A stretch of DNA of 64,000 nt from Candidatus Methanogaster sp. (GTDB lineage Archaea > Halobacteriota > Methanosarcinia > Methanosarcinales > Methanogasteraceae): the NCBI GenBank assembly GCA_003194445.1, contig PQXF01000002.1:148116-212115 (forward strand), written 5' to 3'. Below are positions 41,324 through 51,636 of the stretch, piece by piece; within the stretch, counting starts at the first letter, position 1, and each line of letters starts with the position of its first letter. The notes below the pieces were generated by a model. It saw nothing but the letters and a program-made list of their open reading frames with translations. It ran no database searches and was not told the DNA's origin. Position numbers and translations under genes: made by a program.

Positions 41324-42237
41324 TCGAATACGTAGATATACTACTCCCGTACATCACAACGATCCTTCTGATCTCGTCGATCTATGCGATCTTTTCGCTG
41401 GGGCTGAATCTTGAGTGGGGCTTTACCGGACTTATAAACTTCGGGCACGTCGCATTCCTTGCAATCGGGGCATATACTACTGTGATGTTCAATATGAGTG
41501 GATTTCCGCTCTTTGTATCGGTTATTGCAGGGATTGTCCTGTCCGGGTTCTTTGGACTCTTGCTTGGAATCCCGACCCTCAGATTGCGGGAAGATTATCT
41601 TGCAATCGTCACGATCGGCTTTTCCGAGGTGTTAAGATTTATTCTTTTAAACGAACAGTGGCTAACGCGAGGTCCGTTCGGGATTCATGGATTTGGCCGT
41701 CCACTTCAGGATGTGATCCCGTACCAACATTACAATACTTTTCTTTTAATATTATATCTTGTGATACTGGTGATTGTCTACTTCGCTCTCGAAAGACTGG
41801 TACGATCGCCGTGGGGTAGGGTGTTAAAATCGATTCGTGAGGACGAGGCGGTTTCTTCCGCGCTCGGGAAGAACGTCTTCTGGTACCGGCTCCAGTCGCT
41901 GATGATCGGGTCTGCGATAGCAGGGCTTGCAGGCGCAATGCTTGCGTTCTATATATCCTACATCGATCCGAATACGTTCAAGCCGATTGAGACGTTTCAT
42001 GCGTGGATCATCATAATTCTTGGCGGGACTGCGAGTAACAAAGGCACGATCGTCGGCGCACTCGTCTTCTGTACTTTCTTAAGCGTAACACAGTTTATCA
42101 ACAGGTTCCTCCCGTTCACCGCGCACCAGATGGGCGCGTTCCGGATGATCGTGATCGGGCTATTGTTGATGATTCTCATGATGTACAAACCCGAAGGGAT
42201 ATTTGGAAAGAAGGAGGAACTTGCACTGTCTGACTGA
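41320..42237 (+). CDS. livM: Branched-chain amino acid ABC permease
   Basis: GLINFGH, LRLREDYLAIVT and IREDE motifs. Confidence 0.9.
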   Translation: MIEYVDILLPYITTILLISSIYAIFSLGLNLEWGFTGLINFGHVAFLAIGAYTTVMFNMSGFPLFVSVIAGIVLSGFFGLLLGIPTLRLREDYLAIVTIGFSEVLRFILLNEQWLTRGPFGIHGFGRPLQDVIPYQHYNTFLLILYLVILVIVYFALERLVRSPWGRVLKSIREDEAVSSALGKNVFWYRLQSLMIGSAIAGLAGAMLAFYISYIDPNTFKPIETFHAWIIIILGGTASNKGTIVGALVFCTFLSVTQFINRFLPFTAHQMGAFRMIVIGLLLMILMMYKPEGIFGKKEELALSD

Positions 42238-42276
42238 TCGGATGTCAGATAGCAGGCATCAAAGGTAGGGGGTCGG

Positions 42277-43041
42277 ATGAAAATGGATATACTCTCTGTA
42301 AAGGATCTCAAAAAGCATTTCGACGGTGTGAAAGCGGTAGATGGATGCTCGATTGCCATCGAGACCGGGACGGTTGTGGGATTGATCGGTCCGAACGGCG
42401 CAGGAAAGACCACGATGTTTAATCTGATCAGTGGTTTTGAAAGGGGTATCGGCGAGATCGTGTTTAAAGGGATACGGACTGATAATCTCTCGCCGTTTAA
42501 GATTGCACGATGTGGAATGGTCAGAACGTTCCAGATACCGCGGGCACTTACAAAGATGACGGTCTCTGAAAACCTGATGCTCGCACCAAAGACCCAATTG
42601 GGAGAGCGGATCTGGGATGTCTGGCTTCACCCGAAGCGGGTTCGCGAACAGGAGATGCAGATACGAGAAAAATCCCGGGATATCCTTGAGTTTTTTGAGA
42701 TCTCGCATCTTGAGGGTGAATATGCTGGTGCGCTCTCTGGCGGGCAGAAGAAATTACTCGAGATGGCGCGTGCGATGATGATCGACCCTTCGATGATGCT
42801 GCTTGATGAGCCGTTTGCAGGCGTGAACCCGACGCTTGCACGGAAGATTTCCAGGCATATCTGTGAACTGCACGAGGATGGCATGACATTCCTTGTGATC
42901 GAACATGACATCCCTGCGATCACAAAGATCAGCGACCGGATCGTGGTCATGAATGAAGGGAAGATCATGGCAGAAGGCGAGCCTGCTGAGATAAAACAGA
43001 GACGGGATGTGCTCGAGGTGTACATAGGTGGTGAGAGGTGA
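42277..43041 (+). CDS. livG: Branched-chain amino acid ABC ATPase
   Basis: GPNGAGKTT, RTFQ, LLDEP. Confidence 0.9.
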   Translation: MKMDILSVKDLKKHFDGVKAVDGCSIAIETGTVVGLIGPNGAGKTTMFNLISGFERGIGEIVFKGIRTDNLSPFKIARCGMVRTFQIPRALTKMTVSENLMLAPKTQLGERIWDVWLHPKRVREQEMQIREKSRDILEFFEISHLEGEYAGALSGGQKKLLEMARAMMIDPSMMLLDEPFAGVNPTLARKISRHICELHEDGMTFLVIEHDIPAITKISDRIVVMNEGKIMAEGEPAEIKQRRDVLEVYIGGER

Positions 43042-43760
43042 GGATGGGTGCGAAGGTGAATATTCTTGAGGTGCGCGATCTCGTGACAGGATACACCGAT
43101 CTTAACATCCTACACGGCATATCGATACATATCAAGTCCGGCGAGATCGTATCCATCATTGGTCCGAACGGATCTGGCAAATCCACGCTCATGAAGGCTA
43201 TATTCGGGCTTCTTCGCCCGAGAGGTGGGGCGATCGTCTTCAAAGACCATGACATAACCGGAGTCAAGCCGGATGCGGTCGTCAGATTAGGAATGTCTTA
43301 TGTTCCGCAGGAGAAGGAGTTCTTCCCATCTCTTACAATCCTTGAAAACCTTGAGATGGGTGCATTCATACGCGATGATGATATCTCTGATAGTCTGGAA
43401 CGGATCTATGCGATCTTCCCGGCGTTAAAGGAGAAGGGACATATCAGGGCTGGCGCTCTGAGTGGCGGAGAGCAGCGAATGGTCGGGATCGGGCGTGCAC
43501 TCATGCTCTCGCCTGATCTGCTGCTCCTTGACGAGCCGTCTGCAGGACTCGCGCCTGTGATGCGAGATATGGTCTTTGAGAAGATCACTGAGGTGAACCG
43601 CGCGGGCACCTCGATCCTGATCGTCGAGCAGAACGCGAGGAGGTCGCTTGGGATATCTGACCGCGGGTATGTGCTTGAGACGGGTGTGAACCGGTTTGAG
43701 GGGCGCGGGCTGGAACTGCTTGAGAACGAGGACGTACTCCGGCTATATCTGGGCGGGTGA
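43038..43760 (+). CDS. livF: Branched-chain amino acid ABC ATPase
   Basis: GPNGSGKST, LSGGEQ, VEQN, YLG. Confidence 0.9.
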   Translation: MRMGAKVNILEVRDLVTGYTDLNILHGISIHIKSGEIVSIIGPNGSGKSTLMKAIFGLLRPRGGAIVFKDHDITGVKPDAVVRLGMSYVPQEKEFFPSLTILENLEMGAFIRDDDISDSLERIYAIFPALKEKGHIRAGALSGGEQRMVGIGRALMLSPDLLLLDEPSAGLAPVMRDMVFEKITEVNRAGTSILIVEQNARRSLGISDRGYVLETGVNRFEGRGLELLENEDVLRLYLGG

Positions 43761-43840
43761 AAGCGGAGGATGTGTGGATGTTGTTTGCTCTTGGGCTATG
43801 GATTGAACCTGCCGTCGATGTTTTTTGGCAGCATCAGATG

Positions 43841-44794
43841 CTACAATTTATGAAGCCAAAGACATCTAAATACAGCATCCCATCTTTTGTTTTCAGGTAG
43901 TGAACCCAGTTCATTAAATTTATTATTTTTTATTTTGTTCCACAGTTCTTCTCGGTATAGGTCAAAAATCGAACGGACATACTCTCCAAATTCTAATGCA
44001 GACTGCACAGCCATGTTATATGAGACATAAGAACATACTATAAAAATACCTAATGAAACTACCGAAAAAATATATTCACCATTGTATATCATAGATAGGG
44101 GATAGATGATTGCGACGAAAAAGAATATCCAAGTCAGTTCAATAAACATATCTACAAAAGCGCGCATCTTGTCTATGGTTTTACCAATTTCCTCGGACAT
44201 GAGTAACTGGATTCTTGCCCAAAAGAAAACACTATTCATTCCATATTTCCACTCTGGATAAATTTCCATTGATTTGAATGTATTCCCTAATTTCGTCGGT
44301 AAAATACACTTTTCCAGTTCTTTATCATATATTTCAGGATTATTAGATATGTTATACAAACAATGTGAAAAATGATTATATATATTCATATACGCCCAAC
44401 CCCTCTCTAAACTGCCCTGTTCTGCAGAATCATAATTTTTTCTATATTCACCAAACTTTTTCCATTGTCTTTCCCTAAGAATGCGCCTAAGAGCATTTAT
44501 AAAATAATTTTTTTGGTGAAGTTCTAAAGTATATCCTTCAAGCATCCTTGAAAGTGGAGTAATAAAAACATTGATCATCAATCCAATAAACATCGATACA
44601 AATAAGAAAGTAACTCCTACGGGAAGAAGTGCCCATACTGACTCCGCTATTAATCCTTTGAGAAAAGAGATGCAATTAGGATAATTTAAAATCACTATAA
44701 AAGTAGCTAAAGCTGCCGCTGTGATGCCGGGTATTAAAATTCTCAAGAAAGATGCAGAGTATTCAAATTTTGATGATATTCCAGCTTTATCCAT
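43841..44794 (-). CDS. Low-GC hypothetical membrane protein
   Basis: 4 TM and an LPTKLGN...YPEWKYG segment; an in-frame 47-codon extension from 44938 ends in TAA just before this ATG. Confidence 0.65.
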   Translation of the reverse strand: MDKAGISSKFEYSASFLRILIPGITAAALATFIVILNYPNCISFLKGLIAESVWALLPVGVTFLFVSMFIGLMINVFITPLSRMLEGYTLELHQKNYFINALRRILRERQWKKFGEYRKNYDSAEQGSLERGWAYMNIYNHFSHCLYNISNNPEIYDKELEKCILPTKLGNTFKSMEIYPEWKYGMNSVFFWARIQLLMSEEIGKTIDKMRAFVDMFIELTWIFFFVAIIYPLSMIYNGEYIFSVVSLGIFIVCSYVSYNMAVQSALEFGEYVRSIFDLYREELWNKIKNNKFNELGSLPENKRWDAVFRCLWLHKL

Positions 44795-45363
44795 TTATTC
44801 AGAGCTTTCTGACTTTTTATCTTCTCCTCTACCACCCAAGTTGCCTTCAGAAGTGGTTGTGATGATTCCCGGAAGAGAACCCGAGAGCTCATGCTTTTCA
44901 AAATGCGCGTTTTCCTTTTCAGCGTCAACCATTGTCATAAAAATACCTCCTTCGATAGTATCTCTAAATCCCCGTTACTATACCGCAGGGTTGAAGCACA
45001 TAGCCTGTATATCGCTTTCTCATATTCGTTTTCTCCTGATTCTATATGTATCTCTCCACAACTACTCAACCATAGTTGGTCGAACCATGGGGAAAGGATG
45101 ATGCCCGAGACCTATATCACCACCCCATGAGATGTGGAAACACTTTGTACAGTTCATTGCTCTCTTCTCCTTTTTATTCTCTTGGTATATAGCACTTATG
45201 GATACTTTGGCTTTGGGACAATATTATTCGACCGACCCACTCGTAACTCCACAACTCCACCGTGAGCTTACCCACTCGATGCCGCAGAACACTTTGACAA
45301 ATATGCTCGGTCGAGAATTGCATTCGCTGATAGGCACTGCAAAAGCAGTGGTTAAGTCAATTA

Positions 45364-46554
45364 TTGGATAAGCGTATGTACCGCTATGTTTATATACTTG
45401 TCGGTCAATCTCATCTTATGCCCTCCAAACAGCGCGGCGAGGGACTCAGAAAAATCATCAAGAGTGTTCGGGATGGAACATTCGAATACAAGGGTAAAGA
45501 ATCAGTAACAACCAACTGGGCGCAATATGACCAGGCGCAGATCTACGAGATGATTTACTATCTGGATAATATAAGGGATCTCGTCGATGAGGTGGATGAA
45601 CGGATAAAAAAGAGAACACCCCCCAGAAAACAGGGACCTGGCAGACCGCCAACTGATCCAGCTGACGTCGCCAAAGCCCCACTGTTACAAACGTACGCGA
45701 ACTCATCAAATAGGGTGGCTGAGAGGTTTTTGCTTCTATTCCGGGAGAAATTGGGCATAGACTGCCATTTTTCTTACAAAACAATAGAACGCGGATACGA
45801 TCGAGAGCCCGTAAACAAAATTCTGGATGAAATCGTAGTAATAGCCAATGAAAGCGTAGAGGGTGAAGAGGAGACCTTTTCGTTCGATGGCACTGGATTT
45901 AGTGCCTCAAATAAGGAGAATTACTCCGATAAACGACAAAAACAGAATTCTAAGAAGGGCAGCAAGAAATCAAAGTCTGCGAGCAAGGAGCAGGCAGATG
46001 ACAGCTTCCCTGAATCGAACTCTGCTGCAAAGAAGAGGTTCTCATACTCAGTTATTGGCACAGGGGTGCAATATAAGCTAATTTCAGGAATATCCATAAG
46101 TCCAGACCACTCCATTGGAGAAACTACGATGTTTTCGGAGGCTTTTAACCAGACACTCAATTGCCATCCCACTTTGGATGGCGTTCTTGGGGGTGGTATT
46201 TACGCGTGTCGATGGATTGCCAATCTGATTTCGGAAAATAACTCCACACCACACTTTCTACCACGCAGTAACGTGACTTTCAAGAGCAAGGGGGCTATGG
46301 GATGGTATGATATGCTTTTTTCACTCTGGGAAGATCCTCATGAGTGGTTAGAACATTATCATATGCGTTCGATCTCGGAAACAGTTAATTCGATGGTTAA
46401 ATACCGATTTGGCGCGCCGCTGAGGAAACGGCTTGAATCGCGGAAGGAGACTGAGACGCGGTTGAAACTTGTGGGGCATAATATTCGGAGAGTTGGGTAC
46501 TTGGAGATCATGGGTGACGTGGTACCGCACTGGCGCAGATCTGCAGGTTCATGA
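45364..46554 (+). mobile_element. DDE transposase (IS5/ISNCY-like, methanogen type)
   Basis: FSYKTIER, FDGTG and YHMRSISETVNSMVK motifs. Confidence 0.82.
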
Positions 46555-46837
46555 ATTTCGTCCCAAAGCCGGATACTTCGACAAGAAGACCATGCGATCG
46601 AGAAAGCCCCTTCGGGGCAAAATTGAAGTGTGATGTTTTTCTCATCATGTATCTAATTTCAGCAGCAAGATACACAAATGCGTTTATACTTTCCTATACG
46701 TTAAAAAAAATAAGATATCGTCAGCCGACTGCGGCTACTTGCCCGACGCGTTTGCCACATCAAGTATCACATTTCTTTTTTTGCACTTCCGGCTTTTTTG
46801 ATTACAAACATGATGATCGTAGTCGTATCGTAGATGT

Positions 46838-46972
46838 TCGAGCAAAATGCGCAGGTCGCTTGGGATATCTGACCGCGGGTACGTGCTTGAGATGGGTAGG
46901 AAACAGTTCGATGGGCGCGGGCTGGAACTGCTCGAGAACGAGGACGTGTTCCGGCCGTATCTGGGCGGGTGA
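46838..46972 (+). pseudogene. Degenerate duplicate of the livF 3' end
   Basis: Aligns to 43624-43760 through tatctgggcgggtga. Confidence 0.9.
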
Positions 46973-46985
46973 GCAGCAGCCCTTA

Positions 46986-47070
46986 GGGGCTGCCACGAAA
47001 TAACCTGGGTCAGGTTAAACATCCTTAAACGAATGTCGCGAATTTCAACAGGTTATTTTCTGGCAAGCTC
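46986..47070. mobile_element. 85-bp MITE-like element
   Basis: ggggctgccacgaaataacctg...caggttattttctggcaagctc flanked by TA; one end also at ~40220-40258. Confidence 0.6.
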
Positions 47071-47292
47071 TAAAAATGGATTAAATCACGAATTTCACAA
47101 ATCCGAATAGGCACAATCGAAGTATTCAGTGAAAACCCTCTGATTTTGTGGAAAGTAGATTCGTGTGATTCGCGGCATTCGTCACCATTCGTGATCTCTT
47201 GGTACTGATTTTATCACGAATTCCATGAATAAACAAATGGCACGAATCGAGTAAATCACTGGATTTTTAGACAGTGCCGTCCGAATACTTCG

Positions 47293-47718
47293 TTACAACT
47301 CCTGAATCTTCAACCGTTTGCTATTGATATCGACGATGTGATTGATGAGATCCGGACTCAATCCGGAATTTCTGCCGGTTCTTTTAACGATCTCATCCCT
47401 GTGAAGTCCGTTCTTCTGATGGTCGAGTATCTCTGAAATGGCGGCATCGCTCACTGTGTGGTACTGGTCGATATCCTTGCGATGCCCGCGCAGATCGCCC
47501 GCGAGCAGTTTTACGCTGTTTGCGGACAGAAACATCGTTGCTGACTTCGACATCGTTCTCCTGTACGACTCCGGGATGTGCACCACCAAAAGATTCGGAC
47601 ATGCTTTTATCAGCGTGACCACGTCTATGTTCGATGGTCTGAATGTGAGGTGTACAAGCTCTTCGGCTGAATCCAGTTTACTAATCTCTTCTTTCGAACT
47701 AACTATCCGTAATCTCAT
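47293..47718 (-). CDS. DUF1699-family protein
   Basis: MRLRIVSSKEEI...VHLTFRPSNID...GHRKDI. Confidence 0.82.
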   Translation of the reverse strand: MRLRIVSSKEEISKLDSAEELVHLTFRPSNIDVVTLIKACPNLLVVHIPESYRRTMSKSATMFLSANSVKLLAGDLRGHRKDIDQYHTVSDAAISEILDHQKNGLHRDEIVKRTGRNSGLSPDLINHIVDINSKRLKIQEL

Positions 47719-47803
47719 GAATGCATACCAACTATGACAGACTCCTTAAAAATGCTTTGATGGTTCGACCGCCATCTATTTTACATACCAGACCAATGAC
47801 CGG

Positions 47804-49009
47804 ATGATGGATCGATGCGTAATCTGCAAGGGAAAGGGACTATGTGGACGCCCGCGCTGCCCGATTCTGGAGCGATTCAAGGCAGTCGAGACAATCCCGG
47901 TCTCAGATAGTCTCTTTGGAGCGTCGCCGCCATCTGTTTTTGTCGGGCGCAAAGGATATCCCGATATCTTTGCAGGACCTCTGGTACCTCCGAATGTGGG
48001 AGATAGCGAGGCGCGGCAGTATGACGATCCGAAAGAACTTATGAAGATAGATATCGACGAGGTCATCAGATTGCGGTCGAGATTGGTGCGTTCATATACC
48101 CGGATGGATGTGAAGGATGCGAAGGCACCCAAAAACCCGCTTCTACTCACATCGCAGGAACTGGCGATGGCTGAGGTGCCGGTGGATACGGAGGTGTGGT
48201 TCACCAAACCGGTGGACGTGGATGTGGCATTCGATGGCACGCTGATGCCGATGGGTCCGGCAGGCGAGATTAAGAGTATCACGCTTGCAGAGAACCCGAA
48301 AGTCCCGGGAAAGGTAGATTACCTGGCATCTGACACCGACGTACTTGCCGCTGACTCGATACGTGAACTGTACGGACATGACATCTCGCAGCACCATATC
48401 ACGCGCATATTCTCGATCGGACTCCTGGGAAGAGAGCGGCGGCTCGTTCCGACACGGTGGTCGATCACCGCGATCGATGACATGGTCGGAAAGATGCTGC
48501 TTGACGATGTACGGGATTATCCTGAGATACGCGACACTGTTCTCTTCGCTTCCGAGAAATTCGGCAACCATTTTGAGATATTGCTGATCCCCAGATGTTT
48601 TTCGTTCGAATTAATTGAGATATGGCATCCGAATTCGGTATGGTCTGAGAAACTGTGGATAGGAAGCGACCGGGAGGGGTATGGCGGGAAGAAAGGATAT
48701 TCATCACTTGCAGGGGGCTACTATGCAGCAAGAACCGCTGCTGTTGAGTATCTCCATGCAATCAGGCGGCAGGCGTCGGTGTTCATCGTGCGGGAGATTC
48801 TTCCCGATTACTGGGCGCCGCTTGGGGTCTGGGTGATCAGGGAGGCGGTTCGTGATGCACTTACCGGGCACGGGATGCGGTTTGATAGTGTTGGTGGTGC
48901 GCTTTCCAAGATGCAGACGCGCATCCGGACGCCTCACGACAGATGGCGGGGCGAGATGCAGTTACTCGATGAATGCAGGTTTCAGAGGACGCTTCTGGAG
49001 TTTCTGTGA
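47804..49009 (+). CDS. nreA: Nre family DNA repair protein
   Basis: CVICKG...CGRPRCP, SPPSVFVG, RLVPTRWSITA and C-terminal PIP motif QRTLLEF. Confidence 0.9.
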   Translation: MMDRCVICKGKGLCGRPRCPILERFKAVETIPVSDSLFGASPPSVFVGRKGYPDIFAGPLVPPNVGDSEARQYDDPKELMKIDIDEVIRLRSRLVRSYTRMDVKDAKAPKNPLLLTSQELAMAEVPVDTEVWFTKPVDVDVAFDGTLMPMGPAGEIKSITLAENPKVPGKVDYLASDTDVLAADSIRELYGHDISQHHITRIFSIGLLGRERRLVPTRWSITAIDDMVGKMLLDDVRDYPEIRDTVLFASEKFGNHFEILLIPRCFSFELIEIWHPNSVWSEKLWIGSDREGYGGKKGYSSLAGGYYAARTAAVEYLHAIRRQASVFIVREILPDYWAPLGVWVIREAVRDALTGHGMRFDSVGGALSKMQTRIRTPHDRWRGEMQLLDECRFQRTLLEFL

Positions 49010-49128
49010 GTGGAACTTGAGTGTGTAGGGATCGGGTGCGGAGGTGACGAAGGGCAGGCGGAGGTTGTCCCGTATCCTGCTGAAAAGATTAATATACCTT
49101 CAGTATTGAAAGTATATCGAGGATTGAT

Positions 49129-49374
49129 GTGATCGACTTTCACACTCTACCAATCAAATACAGGAGACATGCATCCGATAGATTGAAAGAACGCTTTCGG
49201 ATGGCGACCGATGAAGTAAGACACTGTCTGAAAACTGGTAAGCATATCAAAAAGCCCAGAAAAGACGGAGATATTGGGATTATAGAGAGCGTGATAGGAG
49301 GTTTTACAATCCGGTTCGTATACACAATAAGAAGCCGTGTGATCTACATAATCACTGTGGAGGATTCATCATGA
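49129..49374 (+). CDS. DUF4258/RelE-like putative toxin
   Basis: HASDRLKER...IYIITV; coupled to the downstream antitoxin. Confidence 0.65.
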   Translation: MIDFHTLPIKYRRHASDRLKERFRMATDEVRHCLKTGKHIKKPRKDGDIGIIESVIGGFTIRFVYTIRSRVIYIITVEDSS

Positions 49375-49655
49375 CAAAATGTCCGTTCTGCGATGCTGAA
49401 CTGGTAGAGGAGCGGCGAGAGATAGAGAAGGGAGTATGGGCTACGGTTGAAGTATGCCCGAACTGCAGGGATGAATGGATCGACGAGGCGGAGCATGACC
49501 GGCTGGTCGGTTTATTCAAGCGGAAGACGTTCAATCTTGGAGGAAGTGTGGCTGTGAGGATTCCAAAGGAGATTGCAGATGCGCTATCGATCGGCGCCGG
49601 TACCTCGGTCAATTTTACGGTCAGGGATGGGAAGATGGTAATTTCGAAGGTGTGA
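49371..49655 (+). CDS. Zn-ribbon + AbrB/MazE-type antitoxin
   Basis: CPFC...CPNC and GGSVAVRIPKEIA. Confidence 0.8.
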   Translation: MTKCPFCDAELVEERREIEKGVWATVEVCPNCRDEWIDEAEHDRLVGLFKRKTFNLGGSVAVRIPKEIADALSIGAGTSVNFTVRDGKMVISKV

Positions 49656-49722
49656 GGCGCCCGGGTCGGTGTTTCTGGGAACCATCACCGCTGCTTCCGG
49701 TTCAGAGCGTGATCGCGCCGGT
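49570..49722. repeat. Direct repeat (AbrB 3' end + dockerin-end motif), paired with 51330-51480
   Basis: gattgcagatgcgct...atttcgaaggtgtga...ttccggttcagagcg at both sites. Confidence 0.88.
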
Positions 49723-49856
49723 TGCTACACCTCCTGAGATGGTGGGTGGTGCATGAGGCTGGAGCGGTTGCGACGATCGCGAATGTGAGAAGTCCGATGA
49801 GTGCGATCACGAGGATCGGTGCAGTTGATATTCTTGTTTTTGTATATATATTAATA

Positions 49857-50390
49857 TCACCTAATCACAGCAAAGAAAACTGTACGTCTTCCTGTTTTTC
49901 TTCGATACCCAAACAATCCGCCCTCCGTCACTCGTGACACAATCTCATCCTCCTTGAGATGATGGTCGCTGAACGACAGAATCCCGTCCGGCTTTATGAC
50001 CCGGTGCAACTCCCCTAGCACGCTATCGGGATCGCTTAACTTGTGAAACACGTCGTAGAGCAGAGCCACGTCAACGCTATCATCGGGTAGTCCGGTCGCA
50101 CAATCGGACTGGATCGTCTCGATATTCGTAAGATGATTCCGCGATGCAATCCCTCGGGCACGCTCGATTGCGAGCGGGTGGATGTCAAGCGCATAAATCT
50201 TCCCTGCATCGCCCACCAGTCCTGCGGCAGCGGTTATGTAGCTCCCGGATCCGCACCCGTAGTCGAGAACATAGAACCCCGGTCTTATCCCGACCTCATC
50301 AAGGATCTTTTTGCGTGGCCGGAAAATGTCCCGAATCCCGAATGCAAGAGACATGATCCTGAAATTAAGATCTGGTTCTGGTTTATCCAT
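49857..50390 (-). CDS. Class I SAM-dependent methyltransferase
   Basis: VLDYGCGSG and LHRVIKPDG. Confidence 0.85.
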   Translation of the reverse strand: MDKPEPDLNFRIMSLAFGIRDIFRPRKKILDEVGIRPGFYVLDYGCGSGSYITAAAGLVGDAGKIYALDIHPLAIERARGIASRNHLTNIETIQSDCATGLPDDSVDVALLYDVFHKLSDPDSVLGELHRVIKPDGILSFSDHHLKEDEIVSRVTEGGLFGYRRKTGRRTVFFAVIR

Positions 50391-50982
50391 GGTTGTTTCC
50401 TCCTGTAACGTCTTTTGTGAACCGGAATATCCGCCCCTGCCTCTCCGAATAGACAAATCCTCCTGCTTCTACTGCCTTGATCAATCTCTTCTCAGGTCCC
50501 CTCGTCTTCTCAAACGAGAGTGCACCGTCTGGCTTCAAGACACGATGCACTTCTGAGAGTGCATCTTCGATTCCACCGGCGATGTGGAGAAGACCGAAGA
50601 CGAAGGCAAGATCAACGCTCTTATCAGGAAGCCCTGTGTCAGACGCGTTTGATAAAATTGGCGTCACATTTCGTATCCCGGCGCTATCGATTCTCTTCTC
50701 GGCTCTCGCAATTGCAGCCGGATGCACGTCCACCGCGTAGACTGCACCCTCATCCCCCACAACCTTTGCCGCAGGGATCGTGAAGAATCCGGGACCGCAC
50801 CCGACCTCAAGCACGCTCTGACCTGCTCCAAGTCCGGCTGCCGCAAGCAGCCTATCAGGACTCCTGAAGATCGGAAGAACAGGGTTGTCATGCATCAGGG
50901 ATGTGATCCTGTAGGCGAAATCCGGCATCAGGGTGCGGGTGCTGTGGGCGATCTGATCAGATACTTCGATCTCGCACATCAT
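50383..50982 (-). CDS. Class I SAM-dependent methyltransferase (paralog)
   Basis: VLEVGCGPG and VHRVLKPDG. Confidence 0.85.
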   Translation of the reverse strand: MMCEIEVSDQIAHSTRTLMPDFAYRITSLMHDNPVLPIFRSPDRLLAAAGLGAGQSVLEVGCGPGFFTIPAAKVVGDEGAVYAVDVHPAAIARAEKRIDSAGIRNVTPILSNASDTGLPDKSVDLAFVFGLLHIAGGIEDALSEVHRVLKPDGALSFEKTRGPEKRLIKAVEAGGFVYSERQGRIFRFTKDVTGGNNHG

Positions 50983-51461
50983 TTCAGCTCCCTGTTGTGA
51001 TCGTGGCTTCTTTGATTACGCGAAGCCCACGCTATATGAGGTTTTCTGGGTGCGTTCATCCCATGCAGGATGATCGGTCCGGTTGTTGTTCTGGTGTATA
51101 TTGATATCATAGGGTATTATCGGCGGAACACAGCAATTAAGGGTCCCTTTGCCGGATGCGGATCGATACAGGATCGATGCGATCCCGGTATCATCGATGC
51201 TACATGGGCGGATATGTAAAAGCTGGCATACTGTGAGCAAGAACGCACCTGGTATTCGCAGAGACGGAAGCCGGATATGGTGAAGTTGGCTCAGCTATTT
51301 CAGTCGATGTCAGGGTCTGTTGATGCCATGGATTGCAGATGCGCTGTCGATCGGTGCCGGTACATCGGTCGATTTTACGATAGGGACGGGAAGATGATAA
51401 TTTCGAAGGTGTGAAACGCCCGGGGTCGGTGTTTCCGGGCACCGTCACTTCCGATTCCGGT

Positions 51462-51572
51462 TCAGAGCGCGATCAGACCGACTGCCACCTGCAGGATCAT
51501 TAGCGCATCGAGCGAACTTACCACGCCGTCATCGTTCACGTCTGCTGCGGTGGTGGGCTCGCAGCTTCCGGG
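51462..51572 (-). pseudogene. Orphan dockerin C-terminal fragment
   Basis: GSCEPTTAADVNDDGVVSSLDALMILQVAVGLIAL*, paralogous to the end of 53229-54632. Confidence 0.85.
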
Positions 51573-51636
51573 TTTCCGTGTTTGTAGGTGTGGTGAGTTC
51601 TATTAGATGGCTTATGTTATGGAGGTGTGGATGGTG

